Positions 27,379 through 39,722 of a stretch of DNA of 64,000 nucleotides are shown here, piece by piece. This DNA comes from Octopus bimaculoides. Taxonomy: Eukaryota. The stretch's first letter is position 1; the number at the start of each line of letters is the position of its first letter. Both the position numbers and the translations under genes were made by a program. The stretch lies in contig NC_068994.1 in the NCBI RefSeq assembly GCF_001194135.2, forward strand, positions 41,106,814 through 41,170,813, read 5' to 3'. The notes under the pieces are model-generated. The model searched no databases, was not told the origin of the DNA, and saw only the letters and a list, made by a program, of their open reading frames with translations.

Positions 27379-27967
27379 TTGCAACTACTGTAGAATTATG
27401 CAACTACTGTAGAATTATTGCCCAGGAAGCTAAATCTGTGGTTCTGGTTCAATATCTGGCTGTGGCATTAAGGAAAAAATTATTCTTAGACAGAAGACTT
27501 AACCCAAATTCCTACAATAAAGTGGATTCCATTAAATATATACAAGAGTTCTCTGGTGGTGTCAATCTAGGTGACAAAATAAGTTTAACCATCTAAGAAC
27601 AAAAATAATTCATTAGACAAGCTTTTACAATTTCTATTTAACAAATTTCACTTACAAGGATATGGTTGACTCAAATCTACAGTATAAAACATTTGCTCAA
27701 GATATTACACAAGGTGAGTGAACCAAAGAACTTGATGATGTAAAATAAACACTTTTCAACTACAGAGCAGCAATGCCTTTTATTATATTTCAAATATGGA
27801 ATTAGAAATTAGGATAGTACCAATGTATTATCTCTATGTTTTGTTTAATTTCTTTGTTGGTCGTCGAGCGAACAATCTAGAATATGATCATCAAAACCAA
27901 ATGATTATTTACATCTAGGTTTTGTGGAAGAGTGACTAGCTTAATTTGAAAAGTCAGATATATATGT

Positions 27968-28100
27968 TCAGGCATAGCTGTGTGGTTACGTATGTATAAT
28001 TTCCAGGTTCCAGTATACTTCATGGCACTCTGGACAAATGTCTTTTAATGTAGACTTGGGTTGGATAATACTTCATGAAGGCAAGACAGAAGAAACTGTA
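27968..28100 (+). mobile_element. SINE family A, degenerate head
   Basis: CAGGCATAGCTGTGTGGTTA...TTCCAGGTTCCAGT...CATGGCACTCTGGACAAATGTCTT. Confidence 0.6.
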
Positions 28101-28999
28101 TGGAAGCTTATTGTTTTTACACATTCATTGCTTTTACACCAATTCACACATACACACACACACACACACATGTATGTATATATGTATATCTATATATATG
28201 CATATATACATAGGTGTGCATATGCCTATGTTTGTATGTACCTGTTTTAAACACCGTGTTGAGTTGGAACCCTATAAATCCAAAGGTAACATAGCCATTT
28301 AACTGAGATCATTAAAATAAATACAGGGTTGAAATACATACTCAATGATTTCAGTAGCAACTAATACTGTTCTGTCACTTTGTGCCAAGCAAGATAGTTT
28401 TGTTTTGGCTTTTTTTGTTTTTGCCATTCATTTTGTTATGCAGTAATCTCTCTCTGTGTCTCTGTCTCTCTCTTTCTTTCACTCTTGCTTTCTGTGCCAT
28501 GCTTACAGGCGTCCAAAATCATCTTCTATGCTAAAGTCAGAAAACTAATGATAGGCCAAGACATACTACTGGTTTCCTGTTGCTTTCTGCCAGTTAATTT
28601 GCATTTATTCTGCTAATCTCCTGCTCTCCAAAGCTTTCCATTCAGGCACCAGTGTTATTTAACATTTAGGAATAAGGGGGCTGGTTTATATATCTGGGCG
28701 TATCCATACATTAGTGAGGCTGTGTGTTGTATGCCCACATGTCTAGAGGCAATCACTCCTCTAAAGCATTGATTGTGTTAGCCACAGAACTATTTTCTGC
28801 AATTTAAACCATAACAAGAGCCTTTGGCAGGTATCTCCACCACAGGCCAAAGCAGACCTGGAAGCAGTGATAAATAAGAGGTAGCTTGACACTTACCAAA
28901 ACTATTGACCACATCAGCTGCACTTTCACCAATGGATGCAGTTTAATTTCCTGCCCAAGACACCAAACAATTATATTTTTATTCAGTTGACACTTAGGG

Positions 29000-29320
29000 T
29001 GAAGGCATGTGACTTAGTGGTTAGAGTAGTCATCTCAATATCATAAGGTTGTGAGTTCGATTCCTTGTGGAACATTGTGTCCTTGAGCAAGACACTTTAT
29101 CTCACATTGCTCCCAGTCCACTCAACTGGCAAAAATGAGATGTGACTGTATTTCAAACGGCTGGTGTTATCATATTCTCTATCATGCTGAATCTCCCTGT
29201 GAACCACATCAAGGGTATGTGTGTCTGAGGAGTGCTCAGCCACTTGCATGCTAATTTCATAAGCAGGCTGTTCTTTTGGGACCCTCATTGTTGTAACCAA
29301 CAGAGTGCCAGTTGTCTGAC
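29000..29320 (+). mobile_element. tRNA/CORE SINE, family B
   Basis: A box GACTTAGTGGTTAG, B box GTGAGTTCGATTCC, CORE-like TGTCCTTGAGCAAGACACTTTATCTCAC, tail GAGTGCTCAGCCACTTGCA. Confidence 0.9.
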
Positions 29321-31211
29321 ATTTGATATCAGTCTTGTTTATGAGGAATTTCTGAATGGCAATCTTTGATACATCGTCCATTTCATCAATTGTAGATAGC
29401 ATTCCTTATGCTACAAATTGAATTATATATTTTCTTGGTAAATAATATTACTTAAATAACGTCAACTATAAAGTGTGTTTATATACATTTTCAGCTTAGT
29501 AGTAGCTTCAGTTAGTTAATCCTTTTACTTCGCTTAAGAAAGTCTTCTTATTTCTCATGAGGCATTTAAATGCACTTTTTTCTTCCAATAAACAAAAACT
29601 TTGAAACATAAGACATATAAATATGACTATATGTTAGAGAGATATACAGTTAGATAGAAATATAAATGGATAGGTACACAGATAAACAGATAGGCAGAAC
29701 AGACAACAGACTGACAAATGGATGGATGGATGGCCAGACTGACAAGACAGATAGATGGATTGATGGATGGATGTATGAATGGATAGATATATGAACAGAC
29801 AACTAGATAGACAGGTTGATGGATGTGTGAGTGAGTGTCTCTGTATGAAAAAGCTGTATAAATGAAAACTAATGTGAAGAACATTGTTATGGTTTTACTA
29901 TTCTGATCCTGTTAATTATTATCTGATTTCAAAAAATTTTCACAAAAGTTACAGTTATTTTCCAGACAATGGAACTTAGCTAGAATAGACAAGAAGCAGA
30001 AATACTGACCAAAAGATATTTTTCATATTTTCATTATTTTCTTCAGTCAATTTGTTAGTAAGTTTCTTTGAACTAATCAATGAATTTATCATAATTTTCA
30101 AAAACGTACTGAAAATGTTTAAAAAAAAAACATCATATTTTTTATGTAGTTTTGAAATTCACAGGCATTCTTCTCTCTAGAAATACAAGAACTGATTAGA
30201 GAAAAGATAATTCTTTTTGATTGCATCTAAAGAAAACCTCGGTTAAGCAGCAGCAGCAAGCTGGTACAAAAGATTTTTTAGAAATGCAGTTTATTAAGAC
30301 ACAATCATATATTTTTTTTTCAATTCTTGTCATTTCTTTTCTTCTACTTTCTTTCTTTCCTTTTTGTTTTCTTTTTTAGAGGTGGTAGATTTATTCATTT
30401 TCTTACACTTAAAACAACATTATTCTGCTATTGAAAACCGAAGCCAATTTAAAAGTTTCTTTTGAAGTAGCACTGAATATAACTATTGTAATGCACCAAA
30501 ATATTATTGGCTTTTCATTTGTTTATCAATTGTGTGCAAATAGATTCAATAGATCAATAGAATGTTTGCTTTTTAGCTGGACCAGCAAAATAAATTTTGT
30601 AATATGAAAAGCAGCTCACTTCATTAGAAAACATGTTGATAGCCTCAGACAACGACAGTATATTGACAAAAAGATATCAATATTCTACAAAACAATTGGC
30701 AATATGAAAAAGGACTTCTTTGTCTGCTATCTTTTTACCTCCTAATTGAAGAGTGATTTTTGTTTCTTGTATACTTAATATAACTGTCACCATACCACCC
30801 TCTTTTTCTATTGAATTTGTTAGATTTTAGCAATATATTTTCCCATGGGAAAAATTATCTAATATTGATTTAGTCCTTTTTTTTTCAATGTCAACAAGGT
30901 TTTATATTAATTCACTGGTAAGGAAACAGTATTATCAATTGATTTTTTTGGTATCCCTAATATGAAAATGATGTGAAATGCCAGTTAGCAAACAAATGCT
31001 TACAATGAAATTAGGAAAGAATAAATTTTGAAGAGAGAAAAAGAATTATGTATGTATTTATGTACATATGTATATATGTATGTATGTATGTATGTATGTA
31101 CATATATATATATATATAAATATACATACATGGGTGTATGTGTTTGTATGTATGCATATATACATATATAGATATATGTATATATACATATACATACATA
31201 CATACATACAC

Positions 31212-31244
<33 letters not shown>

Positions 31245-32427
31245 AATCATCTATGATTTTATTTTGTATTGGAGTAAGTTAAATATTATTGGAATGTAAA
31301 AAAAGGTAGGCAATGTTTAGGGGAAAAGAATGGGTGTTGTCATTTTGCTTGATGATGATGATGATGATGATGTTTATGATAATGATGACGACGATGACGA
31401 TGATGACGGTGACAACAACAACAATAACAACAAAAGCAACAAGGATAAATAAATAAGCGGCTATAATATAAATTTCCGACTGAATTAAGTTAAGACACGT
31501 AGCCACAAGACTTGAAATATGTTACGACTAATTATAGATGAATTGTTTCTTTTTTTCCTAAGAAATATTTTGATATCTATAATCTTTCAAGAATTATGGA
31601 GTGGCAAGTTTTGCTCATTGCATCTCATATATTATTCATAGACAAATGTGTAAAATTTTGTTTGAATTAGTAAAAGATGCTGCCTTGTAAAACCATCTAG
31701 GTTTAACAAACATTAAAGTTGTAATGGTTCTTGTATTAGAAATAGTGAAAAACAAGGAATTTGAGTTTATTACTGGAGTTAGTGTTTGACTTCAGGATTG
31801 TTGTTTCTAAGATATGATTTTTCTATACTTGCATGGGTCAGCCAAAATTTGTTGCAGCATATTTTTTATAACTGTGGAGGAGGNNNNNNNNNNGGGATAC
31901 TTGACCATGTGACCCTGCAGAAATCTCAGAGGTACGTTCCCCCACTCCATCCCGTGGATGGATAATTTTGAGCTGGATAGAGGAGCAGTGATCTTTAGAT
32001 CAGAGTGGCATGTGGAGGAAGGATAAATGACCAGAAGGAAAAGAAAGTGATGTCATGAAAGGACTGGAAAGTAGAGGAAATGGCAGCAGCTTTCTTTTGT
32101 GTGTATTGCAAGGGATGGATGTGTGTTGGGAGCAACAGTAGGGTAGTGGTCCTTGCTGGCGAGAGGTTGGGTACAGTTTACATGTGGATACAACTGTGAG
32201 GCCTTGCTGGTTTGGAAGGACTGACGCTGGTTGCACTTTGAGGTAAGAGGAACCTTTATTTGTGCCTTACAACTATAATAACTAAATGCTTCCCCTGTTG
32301 GAAGCCCTCATGTTGTTCCAAGTAAGGTAATATTTTCCCTAGTCCTCTGAAAAACAAACCTCGTTATAGCCAGACATGTTTCTTCTCACAGGAGTGAAGA
32401 TGAACAACATTGCCTTTGTTAGTATAG

Positions 32428-32636
32428 TGGTGAGCTGGCAGAATCATTAGCATTCCGGACAAAATGCTTACAGGCATTTTGTCTGCCTCTACATTCTGAG
32501 TTCAAATTCTGCAGAGATTGACTTTGCCTTTCATCCTTTCATGGCCATAAAATAAGTAGCATTTGATCACTGGGGTTGATGAAATTGACTTACCCTCTGT
32601 CTCAAGCTTGCTGATCTTCGCCAAAATTTGAAACCA
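32428..32636 (+). mobile_element. tRNA-derived SINE, family C
   Basis: GGTGAGCTGGCAGAATCATTAGCA...TTCTGAGTTCAAATTCTGCAGAGATTGACTTTGCCTTTCATCC. Confidence 0.85.
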
Positions 32637-32714
32637 ACATTACTTTTTTAAGTGACATCAGTATACATTTAGTGTGTGATACCATGAGAAAGTAACACAA
32701 ATAAGCACACGTAC

Positions 32715-32905
32715 ACACAGACACAGACACACACACATACCACATACACACACATTTATGACAGGCTTATTTATGTTGCCTTCAACCAAATTAATGTACA
32801 AACCTTTGGTTGGCCCAGTAAATAACACTTGCATGAGATGCTGTACTGTGGAACTGAACCTGAAACCACATGGTTTCAAAGCTAACTTCTTAACCACACA
32901 CCCAT
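32715..32905 (-). mobile_element. SINE family A, 5' part
   Basis: GGAACTGAACCTGAAACCACATGG...CTTCTTAACCACAC reverse-complement head. Confidence 0.7.
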
Positions 32906-33859
32906 ATATGATGAAAGTACTTCCATTTCTCCTTAACATCTATTGATGAAAACAACATAAATAAATAAAAAACTCTTATGTAAATGGTGCTTTCATGATG
33001 TAACGTTTTCTGCTAGTTTTATAAATAAATATTGTTTTAACTGTAGAGAAGGAAGTTAGCAGATGTTTGTAAATATGCTTTGATTACTATTTAAATTGTT
33101 ATTTATGATGTGCTAGCATTTTGATATTATTTATTATGTTTATAAAGCAAATAGCATGGAGGTAAAGCTGAACAGAATTTGAATGAGAGTCAATGATATT
33201 ACTAAATCTGATGCTTGTAACTAAGATTTTTATAATCTTATGTAACTTTTCTATAAGATTGTAAGAGTTTCTTATTTACAACAAGATTAATTAAGAAAAC
33301 TAACAACTCACTATACATTTTCGAGAGCAGCTTTTTAATTCATGAGCTTCATAATCAAACACCATAACCACACATTTATATCACCATTGAATAAGAAATA
33401 TCCAAGAAGGTGTCTATATACAGTGCTTTAGTACAGTCCTGACTGTGATGGCTACAATGAACTAAAGAACTAAAGAATATAACAAATAGATTGATTTAGG
33501 GGTTATCGAGTCAAACCAGTCAGTTCAGTCTGTTGAGGTTGTTTCATGACATTTAAAATTTACATGACAGTTTATTTAACTATGGATTAAGTGACAGTAT
33601 GTATTTCTGAGAGAACTTACTTGCAAAAGATTAGTATACTATTGTGGAGGAAATTAGTTTCTCATCTGTTTAATGAAGTACACACGGGAGTTAATTCACA
33701 AAATCTAATGAAAGAGATAGGATTTTAGAGGAGAAATTTATTTGGGATAAATTTGTGGCCATCCTGTCTATAGAGCATTTCCTCTCTTATTTTAGTAACG
33801 CTATAAGAAACACTTAAGTAGTAACACAAGCAGATCAATGTGGTTCATTTTGTGGTATG

Positions 33860-34620
33860 TGGAAGATTGAGAAAATCTCCAGGAAGATGTATTCTAATTA
33901 TTCCATGCTATAAATATGGTCACAAAGGGTTTCTCTCTCATAATGAAAAGCAGGTTGTATGATACTTGTGTATGAAATGTGATGTTGCATGGTAGTAAGA
34001 TATGGAGATTGAATGTAAAGAAGATGTGAAGGCTGTGATTCATCAATGAAGGAAGCATGCTCCACTGAATATGTTATGTTAGTTTGTATAAACTACCGAA
34101 CACAAATGAACTGAGAGAGGAAGGAAAGCATGTCTCCACTTTCGAAAACTACAAAGGGGTACTGAAAAGTTCTTGGCTTTAAGGGTATTGCAAAAGTACT
34201 GGTTGGCAACCCCACCTTCTGAGTTCTTTTTCAGGGCTTAGAAAAACTGAAGGACCACTGCAATAAGTGTGTGAATCTGTAAAGGGAATAAGTTGAATAA
34301 AATCATAATTAACTGATCCTCCAGTATTTTCTTTTAGTCAAACCCAGGAACTTTTCAGCACCCACTCATATATTAGATATAGTATGCAAAAGAGGATACT
34401 AAGTGGTATATATGTGATGAGTATTGAGGATGATGAAAGAAATACCAAACACAAAAAGTTAGTAGAAGATGGAGACCAAGGGGGACAGGTACATCTGAGG
34501 AAGCTGAGCCACATGAAAGAGATGCTAAGTGACTGCAACAAATAGTCCATCCAACCCATAAAAGCATAGAAAACAGATGTAAAATGATGACGATGATGAT
34601 GAAGATGATAAACTTGTATG
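33860..34620 (+). mobile_element. Old RTE LINE remnant interrupted by a mariner MITE
   Basis: Encodes KGFSLIMKSRLYDTCV*NVMLHGSKIW (compare the 2378 copy), resumes after 34370, and ends CCAACCCATAAAAGCATAGAAAACAGATGTAAAATGATGA. Confidence 0.8.
34150..34370 (+). mobile_element. Mariner-derived MITE (internal deletion derivative)
   Basis: About 30-bp TIRs TACAAAGGGGTACTGAAAAGTTCTTGGCTTT / AAACCCAGGAACTTTTCAGCACCCACTCATA with TA at both ends; internal GLEKLKDHCNKCVNL*RE*VE* resembles the mariner transposase C-terminus. Confidence 0.9.
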
Positions 34621-35384
34621 AGTATGTATGTATGTATGTATGTATGTGAGAAAGAGAATAGGATAAAGCCACATATTGTTAGATTAATACATTGATAGCT
34701 AATAGGAGCATATTTAGAAGATAATAATAAGAACTACAGCTGAATGCACAGATACATAGCTAGATAGCTATAAAAATATCACATAATTGATAAGGTGAAA
34801 TAAACCAAAAGCTAATGGATAAACTGTCTTTGAGTAGGTTTTGGTTTAATTTCCATAAGCAACCGATGTATGTCAGAATATGGCTACTTGCTAATGATAT
34901 AAAATTCTACACATGGCAAACGACTCTTATTTATTGATATATTTACAAACAATACATACCTGATGTATTTACAATAGATAGTTATTCAAAGTCCTGTGGG
35001 TAATTGTTAATAAAACAAGCCATAGAGTCTGAGCTTTATCAGGCGGACTGCTTTGTGCCATAAAAACAAAGCTATTTATCAATGATCTAAGCAAGTAATC
35101 TATAAAGATCACAATGTCAAAAGTTAATACGTTCCTTCATATTTAATTCAGTTGAATACATCTGACGTATTATTTCTATTCTACGTATTCATCCATCTTT
35201 TATTAACGTTTGACTTTTATATATGTGTGTGTGTCTGTGTGTGTGTGTGTCTGTGTGTGTGTGTGTGTGTGTGTTTGGGTGTGTATGTATGCATGTATGT
35301 ATTCATGTGTATATGTAATGCATAATGGATGCATGTGTATGTGTAAGTGCATGTGGTGCATATATGTGTGTATATGTATCATGT

Positions 35385-35420
<36 letters not shown>

Positions 35421-35625
35421 TGTATAAATATGTGCATGTTTGTTTCCATAACAGCCCCCTTGCCCCACCACTAGCTCTATGCTTGTACACTCAGCCATGC
35501 CGGTGCCTTCTATTCTATATTTACCTTATGAATGCCTCCTGTCTATTTGTCTATCTCTGTTTACCAGTGGTAGCAACAGCAACTGTGGCATTTCCATTGT
35601 CATTGTCATCGTCATTGTCGTCCTC

Positions 35626-35793
35626 GCCACTGCTGCCGCCACTGCTGCCGCCACTGCTGCCGCCACTGCTGCCGCCACTGCTGCCGCCACTGCTGCCGCC
35701 ACTGCTGCCGCCACTGCTGCCGCCACCGCTGCCGCCGCCGCTGCCGCCGCCGCTGCCAACACCGCCGCTGCCACCACTGCCACCACCACCACT
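35626..35793. repeat. GC-rich 12-bp minisatellite (GCCACTGCTGCC)8 plus degenerate units
   Basis: Eight perfect units at 35626-35721, then GCC/ACC-degenerate units. Confidence 0.95.
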
Positions 35794-35909
35794 GTAAATT
35801 TTAATTCCACCTAATAATTCATCGTTTGTAGTTCAGCTCGGCTGAACTGTTGTATTCTACTTTAGATGTAAAACTCATCCTATGGATTCAACCAAAAATA
35901 AAGTGTTTA

Positions 35910-36100
35910 TGTGATTGATCAGCTTGCTAAAAATAGCTGCCAAACTACCTTCATTCTTGTCTCAGCTTCCTGTCTTAAAAAACAAATGGTATGATCTGAT
36001 ACCTAACCACTAGATACTCAGTCAAACACCACGAGAGAACCGCCATAGTTTCATGTCATTGGTCAATGAATTGACCAATCAGAGTGAGGCTATGGCATGA
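35910..36100 (+). mobile_element. Repeat family D, orientation opposite to the 27197 copy
   Basis: TTGCTAAAAATAGCTGCCAAA is the reverse complement of the family motif TTTGGCTGCTATTTCTAGCA. Confidence 0.5.
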
Positions 36101-37059
36101 TATGGTTTTCTAAATTGTTCTAGAACAAAACCTCTTGTCACCTATAAAAACTGTTTTTTGGCCTTTTCTAATTGCAGAGTACTGAAGGTGGCCAAATGAG
36201 TCGTGCCTCCACTTTTGTCATGTAGATGGTTCGGGACATTCGAAGAGACAACTCCAGGTTTTCAGACAGACCCATTCTGGACATGCACACTATTTCTCTA
36301 AAGTAACTTCTACTGATACAGTACAGTTTTTCTCCCTATCTCAGTTGGCAATTATTAATATTGTTCATTGTAAGTAATCAACACCAAATATCTTCATGTC
36401 CAGTAATAAATATTTCAGTTAAATATTTACTGACTGGCTTCAGCTATTATTCATGCAGCCAATGAAATATATCTTCATTTCCTTGCTACCCAAATGACAA
36501 GCTACCATCGACAGTATATCACACCATGTAGTTCTAGATACAGTGGCACATCTAGAATGTGTACTACCCAGAGCAGCCCTTGAGTTTGCTTCCCCAACTC
36601 CCTACTGACCCTCCAAGCCTATATAGGCCTACATACGAGTCATAAGAGCACCTCGTCCATAAAAGCATCACCCAGGGTGGTCTATTTCCTTACTCAACAC
36701 TGCATCAACACCAGGAATGCTACTGTCAAGAAATACAGAAAAGTAGGATGATTATGGCCAGATTGCCTTTGAACCTATTTTTAGTCAGTTGAGGATGATC
36801 TGAAGCTAAACAGCAAAAACACCAACGTTGTATAACAATTCTGTTCATATACAGAGATACATATAAGCACCCTCCACACACACACAGATACACACACGTG
36901 CACACACACACGCACACACGTACACACACAAACATACATACAAACATGCATGTATACATACATATATACATACACATACGTGTGTGCGTGTGAGTATATA
37001 CAAGCATATATATATATACATATACATATATACATACATATATTTATACACACACAGAC

Positions 37060-37111
<52 letters not shown>

Positions 37112-37534
37112 NNNNNNNNNNNNNNNNNNNNNNNNNNNNNNNNNNNNNNNNNNNNNNNNNNNNNNNNNNNNNNNNNNNNNNNNNNNNNNNNNNNNNNNNN
37201 NNNNNNNNNNNNNNNNNNNNNNNNNNNNNNNNNNNNNNNNNNNNNNNNNNNNNNNNNNNNNNNNNNNNNNNNNNNNNNNNNNNNNNNNNNNNNNNNNNNN
37301 NNNNNNNNNNNNNNNNNNNNNNNNNNNNNNNNNNNNNNNNNNNNNNNNNNNNNNNNNNNNNNNNNNNNNNNNNNNNNNNNNNNNNNNNNNNNNNNNNNNN
37401 NNNNNNNNNNNNNNNNNNNNNNNNNNNNNNNNNNNNNNNNNNNNNNNNNNNNNNNNNNNNNNNGTATGTGTGTGTATGTATATATGTATATATATATATA
37501 AATATATATATATATACACATAAATATATATATG

Positions 37535-37604
<70 letters not shown>

Positions 37605-37914
37605 TGTATGTATGTATGTATGTATATAATCATCATCATAAGGCAAAGCACACACATGGGCAACTTTGCTCGGATTCTTTCATCTGCTTTTTAGGTTTTC
37701 CTTTGTCTTCTGTCTCACTCTTCTGTCTCTACATAAGCCAATGTCCAAAATATCATTAATAATTATTTCCACTTCCCTGAGCTTCAAACTAATAATCAAA
37801 CCAGTAATTATGATCAAGAACCTATCCAATCTTAAATTATTTTCGTTTTTTTTATTTTCATTCATCTTTCTCCCCCTCTTGCATCTCTCTACACCATACA
37901 TATATAAATGTATG

Positions 37915-37979
<65 letters not shown>

Positions 37980-38055
37980 AGCTAGCTAGCTAGCTAGATG
38001 TAGATATAGACAGATATACATATAAATATATACATATATATATGTGTGTGCATGT

Positions 38056-38088
<33 letters not shown>

Positions 38089-38134
38089 CGTGTATATATA
38101 TATGTGTGTGTATGTGTGCATTAAACAATAATTG

Positions 38135-38435
38135 TCACTCCATCGGTTACAACAACAAAGGTTTCAGTTGATCTGGTGAACACAACAGCCAACTCATGAA
38201 ATTAATGTGCAGCTGGTTGAGCACTCTACAGACATTCATACCCTTAACGTAACTTTTAGGGAGATTCGGTATGATACAGAATGTGACAAAGCTGGCCCAT
38301 TGAATTACAGGTACTACGAATATTTGCCAGGTGATTGAACTGGAGTAACATGAAATAAAGCGTCACCAGGAATTGAACTCTCAACATTATGATTGTGAGC
38401 TGAATATTCTAATCGCCAAGCTATGTGCCTTCACT
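38135..38435 (-). mobile_element. SINE family B
   Basis: GTCACTCCATCGGTTACAAC...GTTGAGCACTCTACAGAC...GGAATTGAACTC reverse-complement layout, as for 29000-29320. Confidence 0.85.
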
Positions 38436-39411
38436 GACACACACACACATAGACACACACACAAGCATGCACACATATATATAGCTATATCTACAAGAGT
38501 GTCTGTGGTTAGGAAGGGGTAGTGAAGATACCTGTCCATATTTATCTCCATGGAACATAAAAATCGCTCTATCTCTGAAAACTTTACATCACAATCTATT
38601 ACTTATTAATTCCTTTCTCTCTCACTCTAATTCCTTATTTGCATGAGTCTTCAGTCTCTTTCTTTTTACATTTTATCACCTCACATAGTGCTGCTCGCCT
38701 CTCTACTGTACTCCCACTCAGGTGATTTTGGTCTCGAGAGCTGCATGGCAAGCTCACTAATAGTGGTGCTATGCAAAAAATTACCAAGTACACTCTGTCA
38801 GGTCTTCAGCATACATACATGCATACAAACATACATGCATACAAACATACATGCATATATAAATGCATTCATGTATGCATCCATTCATAGATAGATAGAC
38901 AGACAAACAGACAAACAGATAGATAGATAAATAGATGGGTGCTTGCTACATTTTCACAGATGATTGTCATTCCTTGTGCTTCCTTGTTGTTAATAGCATT
39001 TCTGACTTTCTGTCCATGACCTCTTGGACGACTGTTCAGTCCCATTGCCACTCTTCCATTTTCATAAGACTCTCAGTAATAGATGGAATGCCGAATGAGG
39101 TCACCATAAAGAGACATCTGTCCATCATTGAATTATAGTGATAAATACTTGCACAACATGAGTACAACATTTTGAGTTTCTGTAATTAGTACCTAATGAC
39201 AAGTACTAAGCTAAAGCAAAATGACTAGTAATCAGATGACAATGAAATTTGTACATCAATGTCCCTCTCCTAGAATGATGATGTGACAATATCTAGGTGT
39301 CCATCAGTCCTGGTGTTTTTTGCTGTGCACCCTGACACTGGCCAAGTCTATTTCTTCATTTCATTACTCAGCTGAATTGTATGTAACTACATATATATAT
39401 ATATATATATA

Positions 39412-39722
39412 TTATGGAGATGTACTTGCATAGCAAGCAACCTGATCTGAGATCGTGTGCTGAAATGAAAACAATTGCAGCGTGGAAGATGTTTATAAGC
39501 CATTTAAGAAACACACAAAAACTGTTAGATTCACTTCAACATTTAAATTTAATTTGCCAAAATATTTCCGTCACTTTGAGATGGCAACCTGTACCCTGAA
39601 CTGGTCGTGGTCTCAAAGCGACGAAAATATTCTGGCAAATTAAATTAAAATTTTGAAGTGAATCTATCGGTTTTTCTGCGTTTCTTAAACAGCTTATAAA
39701 CATCTTCCACGCTGCAATTGTT
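39412..39722. mobile_element. TA-flanked element forming a 253-bp imperfect palindrome (39470-39722) with hammerhead-like motifs; probable Penelope-like terminal repeat
   Basis: Outer 112-bp arms 39470-39581 and 39611-39722 are reverse complements with scattered substitutions. Symmetry continues inward to centre 39596. TA tracts lie on both sides. Confidence 0.7.

Noticed and set aside
29000-29075. tRNA-like A and B boxes here and at other SINE heads
   Set aside because: They continue into SINE bodies and lack a complete cloverleaf, so they are not tRNA genes.
31894-32260. G-rich segment after a 10-N gap with two donor-like sites (31931, 32243)
   Set aside because: The upstream context is missing, no protein motif is recognised, and it is probably a repeat remnant.
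35210-35814. Poly-Ala/Pro-Leu ORFs
   Set aside because: Products of the 12-bp minisatellite and adjacent TG repeats.
38945-39135. Moderately GC-rich island with several open frames; faint resemblance to a transposase N-terminus
   Set aside because: The similarity is too weak to name, and the frames contain stops without splice support.
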